From positions 2,418,001 through 2,482,000 of the forward strand of contig NC_088858.1 of assembly GCF_963853765.1 (NCBI RefSeq): 64,000 bases of DNA, written 5' to 3'. The notes under the pieces were generated by a model, which had not been told where the DNA came from, ran no database searches, and saw only the letters and a list, made by a program, of their open reading frames with translations. The stretch is from Magallana gigas (Eukaryota). Positions within the stretch are counted from its first letter, which is position 1; every line of letters begins with the position of its first letter. Made by a program: the position numbers and the translations under genes. Positions 1-11,200 of this stretch are shown here, piece by piece.

Positions 1-1
1 G

Positions 2-1951
2 CATCAGAAGGTCATCCTGAGCCACCCCCTGTACCGCAGTCAGTCCATGGACACACTGCTCAAGATCAACCGAGAGCCGGTCTACACACCCAAAAGAAGC
101 ATGAGTGAAATGCGGCAGTCAAAGGAGGCTCGACCCAGCGTCCAACAATCCCTCCGCGTGGATGTAGACACAGAAGGTAAAAGTAGTTCCAATAGTTCGC
201 CGGAAATCCACATCACAGCCGATGTGGAGCAGGGCGCCAGTCCGGTGGAGAAGCAGCCGCTGACCCGCCTGGTTCCTCCACCCATTGGAGCGGATGATGA
301 CGATGATACCCCACCCCCGCAACCATCCATCCCTCCCCCACCCCTCGAGTTCAATGACAGTGTAGATGGTACGGTGTCCTCGCCCAGTTCTGCGACTGAA
401 AGGATGCAGTTTTCATCTGTGTTTGATAATCTGAATGAACAAGACAAATTAGACATGATACGTTTATCCTATGAAGACCCGGAAACTAAGCTTAATCCTG
501 AGCTAGATTCCAGTGTAACGGAAGGCAACGAGGCAGCATTAGCAGACGTGTCCTTCAAGTCCGACAGCACGGTCACTGAGGCGGAACCGAAATCACCCAG
601 TCCCATCAAACCGGAACGAAAGAAAAAGAAATCCTCCAGTGAATCTTCCAGTCTGTCTTCCTTTGAGGAATCAGGCGATGGTCAGATGTCTCCAAGAGAC
701 ACCATGCCGGATATAGTGGAGGACCATATATCTGTGTCAATGTCAAAGACGAACAATGCAGCACCAAGTCAAAGTGACTCCGAAGTGTTCGAGGACCTCA
801 TCAGTCCTCAGAAATCAGACAGAAATATACACATATCATCGGACAAAATTCAGTTATCGTCCCTGGATATTACAACCAACAGTGTGGATGATTCAATGGA
901 GTCTCCGAGGGAGGCCAGTAGGACATTAGTGGATTACAGCTTGTCGGACATGGAGGGGACATTCAGGCCCCAGACCCCGGAGGACACACCCTCTGTAGAC
1001 GAGGACGTCATCACTCCTGTACATCTGAAAAAAGGCGAGCTAGAATCCTCCATTCTACGCTACTTCAATGACTCTGGGAACACTTCAACATCCACCGTGG
1101 AGCACCATCAGTCGCAGCAGGGGGATTCCCCAAACACCACCGTCACAAGTGTGGAGTTCAATCTGAACATGAACAACAATAACGATTTATTCTCAACTCC
1201 CTACCCAAAACGGAACACCAAAGAAGGACAAAGCGGAATGTCGTACGACATATCCATGATGGAGCTCAATGACATAGAGAAAAAGTTAAAACAGAATTCT
1301 AGGGGGGCTGTGAAACAGGGTGTGGCGTTCGAGGTTCGTGATGACGTTTTATCGGGTAATACGGTGCTGTCTCGGCTCTCGGAGGATTCCGAGGGGGGTA
1401 ATGTGGCCAGGACTAAATCTTGTGAAGACAACCTGGCAAAGAAAGCTATGTCGGACAGCTCCCTGAGTTGGTCCGGGAAGCGACTAGTCCGCGCCGGGTC
1501 GTTCTCGGAACTTCCGCAGGACGATTCCAGCGACTGGATGGACCATAATTCTATAGACAATGACGAAAGCATCATTTCTCAGGAGGAAGACAAAGAAACG
1601 TTCAACTCATCAGAGGAAAGCCTCAACAGCAATAACAAAAACGGACTGCTGAAGAAAGCCAAGATGTTCGGTGCTCGAGAAAACCTCGCCAATCTGTCTT
1701 CAGACAATTCAGGGTCCCAACAGTCGATACCCGACTCCTGGAGTGGGGAGTCCGGCACTCCACCCCCCTACCTCAGTAAACACAGCGACCAGAACGGGGG
1801 AAACTCCTCGCGCGAGTCCACTCCGGTCAAAACCCCCACAAACATATCTACCTCTAACCTATCACGTGATCCTACATCATCCACCCCCGAGGGAAACGGG
1901 CCGTTCTCTCTTTCAGGGGACATAACTGTGGGCGATGAAGAGGACTGTTAA
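2..1951 (+). CDS. Terminal coding exon (5'-truncated by the window edge) of an unidentified gene; long low-complexity Ser/Asp/Glu/Pro-rich, probably disordered C-terminal tail
   Basis: The frame is open from base 2 (HQKVILSHPLYRSQS then MDTLL...) to TAA at 1949-1951. It is about 50% GC against AT-rich flanks, and an AT-rich 3'UTR follows with AATAAA at 2125, 2506 and 2784. No recognisable folded domain. The ATG at 47 is probably internal. Confidence 0.85.
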   Translation, partial: HQKVILSHPLYRSQSMDTLLKINREPVYTPKRSMSEMRQSKEARPSVQQSLRVDVDTEGKSSSNSSPEIHITADVEQGASPVEKQPLTRLVPPPIGADDDDDTPPPQPSIPPPPLEFNDSVDGTVSSPSSATERMQFSSVFDNLNEQDKLDMIRLSYEDPETKLNPELDSSVTEGNEAALADVSFKSDSTVTEAEPKSPSPIKPERKKKKSSSESSSLSSFEESGDGQMSPRDTMPDIVEDHISVSMSKTNNAAPSQSDSEVFEDLISPQKSDRNIHISSDKIQLSSLDITTNSVDDSMESPREASRTLVDYSLSDMEGTFRPQTPEDTPSVDEDVITPVHLKKGELESSILRYFNDSGNTSTSTVEHHQSQQGDSPNTTVTSVEFNLNMNNNNDLFSTPYPKRNTKEGQSGMSYDISMMELNDIEKKLKQNSRGAVKQGVAFEVRDDVLSGNTVLSRLSEDSEGGNVARTKSCEDNLAKKAMSDSSLSWSGKRLVRAGSFSELPQDDSSDWMDHNSIDNDESIISQEEDKETFNSSEESLNSNNKNGLLKKAKMFGARENLANLSSDNSGSQQSIPDSWSGESGTPPPYLSKHSDQNGGNSSRESTPVKTPTNISTSNLSRDPTSSTPEGNGPFSLSGDITVGDEEDC

Positions 1952-4277
1952 CTTAATTAAGTGTTCCTAATATTCATATCATGTTTAAAAGTTTAGATAG
2001 CTGCAGTTTTAGCGTTTCTTTTATTTATTCAAATTCAACATATCTGGAAAAACTGCGACTTTATGAATTGAAATGTTTTAAGTTTTACCGTGACTTTTTA
2101 AATAGATTGATTTTTGTAATTTTTAATAAACATATCTTATCGTTGTTACAAGCATTTTGAATATTTTACACACTAATTTTTATATTTCACAGTGAATTAT
2201 CGCATATGTTTGGGTATTCCCCTCTGACTCTGTGTATTGCAGTTGTTTCCAGCAAAGGTGCTTTTTAAGATCAAAACAGTTATCGCCCCTTTATTACGCC
2301 AGTAGTTTATGATCAATATATTTTTTATATTCATGTTTATCTTTTTAAGTTTTAAATAACGATTCATATACTTATGCACTGTTTGATTTTGTATAAATTG
2401 AATAATTTTATAGATATATTTTAATAACACACAGTACATGTTTGTATTTCGTCGTCCAATATATGCAATTATCATCCATCTATATCCCTGTAACTATTTA
2501 TTGTAAATAAAAGTAGAAAGAGATTACCGAAAATGAGTTAATGACAAAGTCACTGTGTATCTTTAGCGAATGAGTATCAAGTGCTGCTCTATGTATGTAA
2601 TACATAACACACATCTGTCATGCACGTGAAGTACACGTGTAAAATACACGGTACTCGCGTGTAAATAATAAAAAAAAAGGCTTGGTTTCGGGAAGTGTTC
2701 AATTGTTTATATAATCTTGTACATATGTAATTATTAATATTCATTTGTTTTTATTATACATGTTTTATATATCTATTATTATTAATAAATATACTCAAGT
2801 TCCAATACATTTAATACACGTCTATTAGTTCTTATTAGTTTCTGATAAGATCAGTGTCAGACTGTAGATACTCTGACATTTGGTTGTACTGATCCACGGG
2901 AATCAGGGTAATACACACGTATGTCAGTAGGAAAGATGTTTAAGTGTGTGTGTGTGTCTGTGTCTGTGTGTATATATATTGGAAACTGGTAGACGTCACA
3001 GACAAAAATTAAGACTATTGTCAAGCTAAAAGACAAACAACCATGCAGTGAGTGGACCGACTGTAGAAAAGGAAGTTACTGCAGTAACGATACTTGTTAC
3101 AAAACAAGATGAAAAAAATCTTACTCGTTCTTTAAAGTTCTTTTTAGAAAAACATGAACAAAACGCTGACATGTATGTGAAAGTAGGTATGTTAAAGACC
3201 CTAATAACAGCTCATGTTATGTATAACAACATGAAACATACACATCAAATTTCTCTGACGGCGTGAACATGAAACGTGCTATTCCTTCTCACGAAAATTC
3301 GCAGGATTTACTGCCAAGGTAGTTCCTACTTGGACAAAATTTACGAATTTTCTAGAATTGCCTCGTTATTTCAGAGTCTATTTTTTTAATAAATAAAGAG
3401 TGCTGTCTCTTGCAGAGATTTTTCAGACTTCCATATTTTCATGAACCTCGATTTCTGTAATGGCTGTCAAGGGTTGTCTTTCCCGTTACATATTCATCTA
3501 ACCTAGACTGTCTTTCAATGATTACGTTCATGTTTTTATACATGTCTAATTTAGTTTGCATTTCTTTCCTGTATCAAACATTCACCCTCTTTTTGAAGAG
3601 AAGGGATCCCAGTCTATTGGTGAAGTTTGATGAATCTTACATAGACATATAACAAATATTTGATACATTTTTAAATAAAAACATATTTAATAAATAAATG
3701 CAACAATAAGATACATGTACAAAGTGCTTGTGAAAGACTCTATATTGGGATCGAAAGTTCTGTAAAACAGCCGTAATATACATGTGACACAGTACAGGTG
3801 GGTCTTTAGTTTTTTTCATGACAACATACAGATAGTATTACATGTATACTATACTAAGAAAAAACCAATAAATGATTAATAAGTGTCTGAAATAAAAGCA
3901 AGAATATTTATAATTTTGCCTCTAAATTCCTTTAAACAGTAGTCAGGCCAGTAAAAGGTCATAGAAATACACATATAGAAAGCTAGACTTCACTAATTAT
4001 CTACCTGTCACAATGCCCCTTAGACTAGACAAATATATATAATTGGTACCGGTACATATAATTTGGTGTTATAAAAATATATGTCTGACCCCTGAACCCT
4101 CCTAACCGAACATGCAGGTCATTTATCTCTTTCCCCTCCCACTAAATATTAAAAATAAATGTATAAAACATTACATGTATTTCATAAACTAAAATTTAAA
4201 AAAAAAAAGTAAATTAAAAAATTTAATCTCTGGGATTCCCAATACAAGCATAGCATTATGGCTGGAATAGCACAGCA

Positions 4278-7200
4278 TTAGGAATGGTAAACTCGAATGA
4301 CCTCTGTGATGTCCTTTCTACAGATAGGACACCCGTCCCGTCGGTTATGTAACATTTTGGAGCACTCATAGCAGGTGATCATGTGATGACAGGGACACAG
4401 CAGACAGTCTCGCACTCTGTTCATACAGATCCCACACTCTGTGTCGACTGGCGTTGGGTCACGCCGAGACTCCTTCACTGGGGCAGTATTACCCTCGTGG
4501 GACAACACTGGGATCTTCTTCTCAAACATGCAGGGAATTCCGGATGAACTCAGGAGCTGCTCTGCCCTCACTATATACAGGAAACAAGGCAATAAAGAAC
4601 TGATCAAACAGAGGACATCAATAATAGTCAACCATAATAACACAAAGGATGTACACGCATATCAGTATTTATATAAGTGTATGTGTATTGTGTAAATATA
4701 ATAAATTACTAAAAATAAACTAAGAACATGCATATATTTCCCATCAAGGGATACAAAAGCATGAGATATCTGTCCATCTGTCTGTCTGTCCATCCTTCAC
4801 TTACAAGCTTTCCTTTCTTCTCTCTGTTCTTCAGACAAAATCAAAGGATGATTTCCAGATCGAAAAAACAATGTCTTCCCCATCTTTTCTAACATCAAGC
4901 GAACTATAATACACAAACAAACTTGTAATCAGTGATTCAATTTTTGAATACATGTATATTAGATTTTAAACTCCCTACAACACTAAAACTTAACTTTGGC
5001 TCTGCTACTCATCAAAATCAATTTAAACAAATAAGGCTGAATGTGTAAGATAATACATGTACTTAAAATACTAAAGGAAACAAAATATTTCACCAACAAA
5101 AAATTCTTACACCATACCTTATTTTTCAAAGCATATTTTTAAATACCTCGTTGCATTGATTTTTGTGAAGTAAAGCTGGCCGGATTGATTTCAACCTCAG
5201 GAATGTAGTACACTGGATAGAGAAATCTCAGTCCAAGAGATCTCTACAATAAAACAAGTCCAAAAGTGAAACAAAAAGTCATGCTTTTTCTTGAAGACAT
5301 TCCAGGAATGGAAACATAGTTTCCATACCAGTAATTCCAAAATTTTCTGTTTTAATCAAAATTATAAGAAATGAGAAAAGCAGTAAAAGAGTTTGAATTC
5401 TCATGGCTTCTTAAAATGAATTGTTGCCAGACTGTTTTGTAAAATGACGAGAAAGAAAGAATTTTTCCTGAATGGAGGATGTGCTAATCAGAGTCCTCCT
5501 CACCTCCTTGTTCATTACTCCAGCCATGACATCATCAATCTTGAGTCGCAGTGTGCAACTGCCAATCACTGTGTCACCTCGACATAGGTGAGACACTCCT
5601 ACAAGGCCCAGGGTTAATCATCATTAACATAAACTTATCATAAATATACAATCCAAACATTCAAGTACCCTAAGTCAAACTCCCTGTACATAACAAAACG
5701 TAAATAGTATGGTACAAATTCCAACAATTGTTCCTTTAATCATGCACTCTTCTATTAGATTTCGTCACATATAAAGCTGACCTGTTCATCAATCTAGTAA
5801 TAACTAAAAATACTAAAGAACTCTCTGGGATGACAGTCAAAGATTTTTACACAAATCTCCAGTATAGAGAGCAATTAATGCAATTCATAATGGGCCCCAA
5901 ATCAGTGTACAAACATTATCAGCATTGTTGATACTTACTCTCTAAAAGATCTTTCTTGATCTCCATATCCTCCTTCACAGCCTCAAAAATAAAGTCAGCG
6001 TCATTTACAGTTTCTTCCAAACGACTCATGCACATAACCTGGCCCTGCTCAAAATTATAATTTATATATTGTATCATTTCCTGTCATGCAACCAATATTC
6101 TGTAATTCATCTACATGTACTAGACGAAGTGTACTAGTCTTTTGAAAATAAATACTTTTATTAAATTGCATACTGGACTGCATAATACTTTATAAATAGA
6201 AGAAATTGAAACGCTTGTTACAATCTTAATGTATACATGTACAGGTACTGGCCTTTTTTAATTAATTTGCTTCACTCACCACAAAGTTCTTCTGGAAAAG
6301 AAGTCCATCCTCCCTCAGTTGCTTCTTGTCGTCTTCTATAATGTTATATACAGCGTTCAGTGCTGGGATGCTGACGTCCCATATCTTCACTCGATGACCA
6401 TGGTAGGCTAGCTCACCTAGAGGGTTTCAGCATTTGAGAATGAAACTTTATCAATGAAAAATATTGCAGTGTGAGTTTGCAACATAGAACCAGAGAAGTT
6501 TGGGTGATATTAGAGAGGTTAAGCATTTGAACGCGTACGTCTACGGGTACGTGTGGAGCTACAAATATGTTTACACGTACACGTACCAAAATTCGGTGTA
6601 CATTTAATAATCTATACGTGTAAGCAAACGTGTAAAATCATTGGATTTAATATTTTCAACATGTTCAGTTTACTCTCACTGTTTATGAAACTATTCTCTA
6701 AATTTGATGAAACCAAAGCACAGTCGTCCTCAATTTATCGTCTGCTTTAATTAAAATAATGCTTGATAGACACAAAGTCCATATTTTTATCTTTAAATAC
6801 TACAAGTTTTCACCTCCGTGTACTTTTGATTCTACACGTTTTGTACAACTTGTAGATTTACGCAGTATGCAGAAATTATGACGTAATACACATTTAACTA
6901 GGGGATTCCCCTTATTACACTTACTCATACACGTACATGTTCAAATGCTTAACCTCTCTATTGTCTATAGAAATGTATTTTTCAGGGCTTGATAGCCTAG
7001 CAGCAGAGACAAAACATGTTTTTTATGTCTCTGATACTAGCAGTAATTAAGCTGGTGCAACTTTCTCAGGCATCGATCTTGTTCTGGCATTCTATAGTTT
7101 TTACAACACACGTGTGTGTGGTATCATTAAACAAAGAAAAAAGGCTGCCAAGAATCAAATAAAGATGGTTAACATATTGGACCTAGCGTATTGATACCAC

Positions 7201-7516
7201 ATATTGACAAATAATCATATATAGACCTAGTCCGAAATATCTTATATTTTACTGATCTTTTTTAACGATTTTGATAGTTTAGTTGCAAGGGGAGTAAAAT
7301 ATCAAAATCGTTTTAAAAAGCCAGGAAAACGTCAGATATTTTGGACCAATACATCTGCAATAATCATAATGATCCCAGGACGTGCGTTTAGGTTTTGAAT
7401 ACATTTATTGCTTAGTTCGAGGTCAATTCCACAAGCAATATTAAAATAATAAATCCTAATAACATACCTGCTATTTTTGGCCCCAGAATCCCACAACCTA
7501 AGACGGCAATCTTCAT
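4278..7516 (-). CDS. 3-hydroxyacyl-CoA dehydrogenase-like NAD-binding domain fused to a C-terminal C3HC4 RING finger (putative E3 ligase), 291 aa, 7 exons
   Basis: Exons 7516-7468, 6416-6280, 6044-5939, 5598-5504, 5243-5147, 4903-4805, 4570-4278. All introns are GT-AG with consistent phases, total 876 nt. Translation begins MKIAVLGCGILGPKIAGELAYHGHRVKIWD (GxGxxG plus beta2 Asp), contains DADFIFEAVKEDMEIKKDLL and GLRFLYPVYYIPEVEI, and ends CGICMNRVRDCLLCPCHHMITCYECSKMLHNRRDGCPICRKDITEVIRVYHS*. Confidence 0.9.
6512..6959. mobile_element. MITE in intron 1 of the Rossmann-RING gene
   Basis: Perfect 21-bp terminal inverted repeat AGAGAGGTTAAGCATTTGAAC / GTTCAAATGCTTAACCTCTCT. It is flanked on both sides by ATT (a 3-bp target duplication, Harbinger-like; a TA/Tc1 reading is also possible). 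No ORF. Confidence 0.75.
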
Positions 7517-7813
7517 CTTTTTTTCAATCTTTGCTCTACATTTGCAGTTTGTTTACATTGTTATCCACCATCTTGAATTTCACAAGCATTGAAGGGGAGT
7601 GTGCATTATTCGTTGAAGAATATAAATCTTAAAATTAAAATATAAGCACTTTAAATTGTACATTAAAACAAAATGTATATATCAATAAATATAATTTAAA
7701 TTTTAAACAAACTTGATAAAAAACAATATGAATAAAATATTAGAACAGATACTTAAACAAATAATAATTACTCCAGGATGTTTTTAAAGGCCGGCAACTC
7801 TAACTTAAAAATC
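7517..7813. promoter_or_regulatory. Putative bidirectional promoter/5'UTR region between the Rossmann-RING gene and CAMKMT
   Basis: The two start codons point away from each other and are only 297 bp apart. Confidence 0.6.
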
Positions 7814-8194
7814 ATGAATGCATGTGATGTTCGTCCACATAACCAGAATGACAGAAAAACAAAGGCACTCCAGCGATGGAAGATTTTAAAACAGGCACTT
7901 ACAGGTAGCAGTTCCTCAGAAACATGCGCGAGCGATGTATCAGTTCGGCGATTCTCCAGCTTTGGTTTACTGAAAACAGAGAAAATATCCACAACCCCTG
8001 AAGGCAATGTGTGGTTTCGATACACAGCACCTGGAAAACCAGGGTTCTGTATGTCTGTCAGGTAAGAGGGATCTAATAACCACAGCTAAAGTACGTTTAC
8101 TGGTAGGGCCTAATAATTTTTCTGTGATATTTTGTTATTTACTTCTGGAGGAGGTTGGTTGCTCGTTTAAATTGCTCTTTTGGTTACCAATTCT

Positions 8195-8240
<46 letters not shown>

Positions 8241-11200
8241 CACTTATTACTCAATAATAACATTGTTTATGTCTCTGCTCAATACTCTTATTCATAGAAA
8301 CAATTAAGGTATCAGTTTGTCTGTTTTGGAAGCATTTAAAGTTAACTTATTTTTATATGGGAAAAAATTATGACACATTAATTGCTGTGTTAAGTTCTGA
8401 CAGGATTTGTGTGGTTTTTTCCAGACATTTACCTGGAACTATGGATGCCAGCACACTCCTGGGCTTCAACAATACAGGAAATGTTTGTAAGTAAGCATTT
8501 AATCAGCTTCTAAGTTCTTACCCCACACACACCTGTATGCTGCCCTGTCTATGGGATGCATGGTCAAAGTCTCCATGATAAAATTTCACGAGCTTTACAT
8601 TTATACAAAGTATTATTGAGAACAAAGTTTGAAAAAGTACACGCTGATTCGCAGTCAAGTTCAATCAGTTTGCTGATTTATCATTTTTACAACTGTTACG
8701 CCTTGATGGCTTTATTTTAGATTTAAGTAAAACTGTCAAATATTGTAAAGAGTTGTCTTTCCTACTAGAGGAATATTGGTCTATATAATATTAGGCTAAA
8801 AATTAATGTTATGAAGAAGAATTTCATTAGGTCATTTTTCAAAGTTTGATTCATCTGCACATATACGCATGAATTAATACTTGACTTGTCTATAACAAAT
8901 CCATGACAGTGGTAGATAGATTACAGCTATTTTTTCTCCAAAATAAAGTAGAGTTAATGGTCTTTAGGACAAGGTCTTCAACAATAGTGATCCCCACGTC
9001 ACTGTTTCAGTAGATGATGAGGTCCACTGTTGCTGTCACAGTAAGTGTTAAAATCAGTGTCACAGTCACAGTTGGCACTGTCGCTTATTAACTAAGGTCT
9101 TATGTCACTGTTTCAGTAGGCTCATACTGAGAACATGTGTACCTGTATCAGCAGGTGCTTGCTGACTGAGGTCCCATGTCACTGTCTCAGCAGGTGCTTG
9201 CTGACTGAGGTCCCATGTCACTGTCTCAGCAGGTGCTTGCTGACTGAGGTCCCATGTCACTGTCTCAGCAGGTGCTTGCTGAATGAGGTCCCATGTCACT
9301 GTCTCAGCAGTTGCTTGCTGACTGAGGTCCCATGTCACTGTTTCAGCAGGTGCTTGCTGACTGAGGTCCCATGTCACTGTCTCAGCAGGTGTTGACTTAT
9401 AGAGACCCTTTGTTTTTGTTTTTGGTAGATGCCTTACTGAGGTTTATGTCATTATCAGTTGATGCTGACTTTTATGGTTCTATGTCAACGTGTCTCTAAG
9501 TGCTGAGATTCAAAGTCCCCATGTCATTTTTAATTTGGTGATCATTTACTAAGAAAAACCATGTGACATTGTCACTGACAACAGAAGCTGCTTTGCTGAA
9601 CTGACAGGCAATTGGCAAATGAGTGAAACAAACACCAGACTAGATACAACAATCAAATTTGAATCCCACAAAGCTCTAGATCTGTTGTACTTAATACGAA
9701 TACAAGTATCTGTACCAAACATTAAAACATGGTTTGTATTTCTGTACCAAGCTACAGTGAAAGGTCAGTTGAGTAGAGTCCTTAGATTTGACACAACTTT
9801 ATTTACCTGTTACAGGTGTGTGGCCCGCAGAGGAGGTCATGACTAATTACTGCTTCCAGCACTTAGAGAACTTCAGGTAAAATTATGCAGGTAGAGAAGG
9901 TTAATCATATTATTGATCACTATTTTGAATCAATGTGTAAGAAAATAATCTGCTTATTTCTGGTTTTCATAACAGTTTTGGAAAATGAGTCATTCAGGTT
10001 TTATATTATGATTTGTGCTCATTTGTCAACCTTGATGATGCATTTGTATACCTATCTGATGCCAAATCTACTGTACACCAAATCTTTGTTTGTTTTATTG
10101 TTATCAATGGGCTGATTTAAAAAGCAGAGACAATAAATCACAATGCTTTGCATATACAAATGCATTAGGTAAAATATTAAAATTTGACAAACATTAAAGT
10201 TTTATTAAGTAAAAAGAACATGAATATAAAATAACTTAATAAGCAGTTTCTGCACAATTGAAAATAGATATAAAGTTTGAAATTTTAGGATAGAAATCAA
10301 TCTAAGCTATTAATTGAACAATTTAGATTTTAAATGAGATTCTATAAAATCATAATATGCTAACCAATTTAGAAACCATTATTGGGCATAATTTCATCTG
10401 TAAATTGACACTAGAAAATAAAAAAAAAATTCTGATGCAATCTATGTCCCACATGGCTGTACTCTTAATTTTAAAGCTATATTTGATCAATTATGTTTTG
10501 TAGTGACCTTGCGGTGTGTGAGTTGGGCGGAGGAATGACCTGTCTTGCAGGTCTTGCTGTAAGTTTCACATCACAATTTGGCTGTCTATTTTGAAACGTA
10601 TTATTTCAAATGAAAATGTTAAATTGATTTAGTTTTAACAATGAAACAGATTACTTCAGAACCATTTTAACAAGACCTTGGACTTTCAATAGGATGTAAC
10701 GATCTATTTCTTGCGTCAAAACAAGTTAAAATGATGCTAATTTCAAGCGAAATATACACCGATTGTGTAGTCTTTGCTCAAAAGCCAGACCCAGACAAAT
10801 CCTGTTAATTTCAAAGAGACATAACTGAGTGGCCTACAATGAAATAGACAGGCCTACGTCACATTGTCGTTTGACTCACCTACCCAAAGTCCAAGCTCTT
10901 GTTAAAATGGATCTATGTTAAACTATTACATGTATTATAAAAAGAAAAGAATTTTTAGTAATGAAATAACTTTGCAGTTGGCCCTTGAGTCCAAGGCAGC
11001 CCATGTTGTGTTAAGTGATGGGAATGAAGACTCTGTGGAAAGTATGTTAAGATTCCACCATTATATTCTCTCTCTCTCTCTCTCTCTCTTATATGTTTGT
11101 CTCTATGTGTCTCTCTCTCTTCTTTGCTTCAAAACTTACAGATTTATTTTCCATTTTTGATTTTTTTTTAAAGATTTGATATATATATAATTCTGTTTGA

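Noticed and set aside
82-1925. Overlapping antisense or alternative-frame ORFs (82-456, 119-322, 1201-1575, 1671-1925)
   Set aside because: Shadows of the long plus-strand coding exon; no independent domain or splice support.
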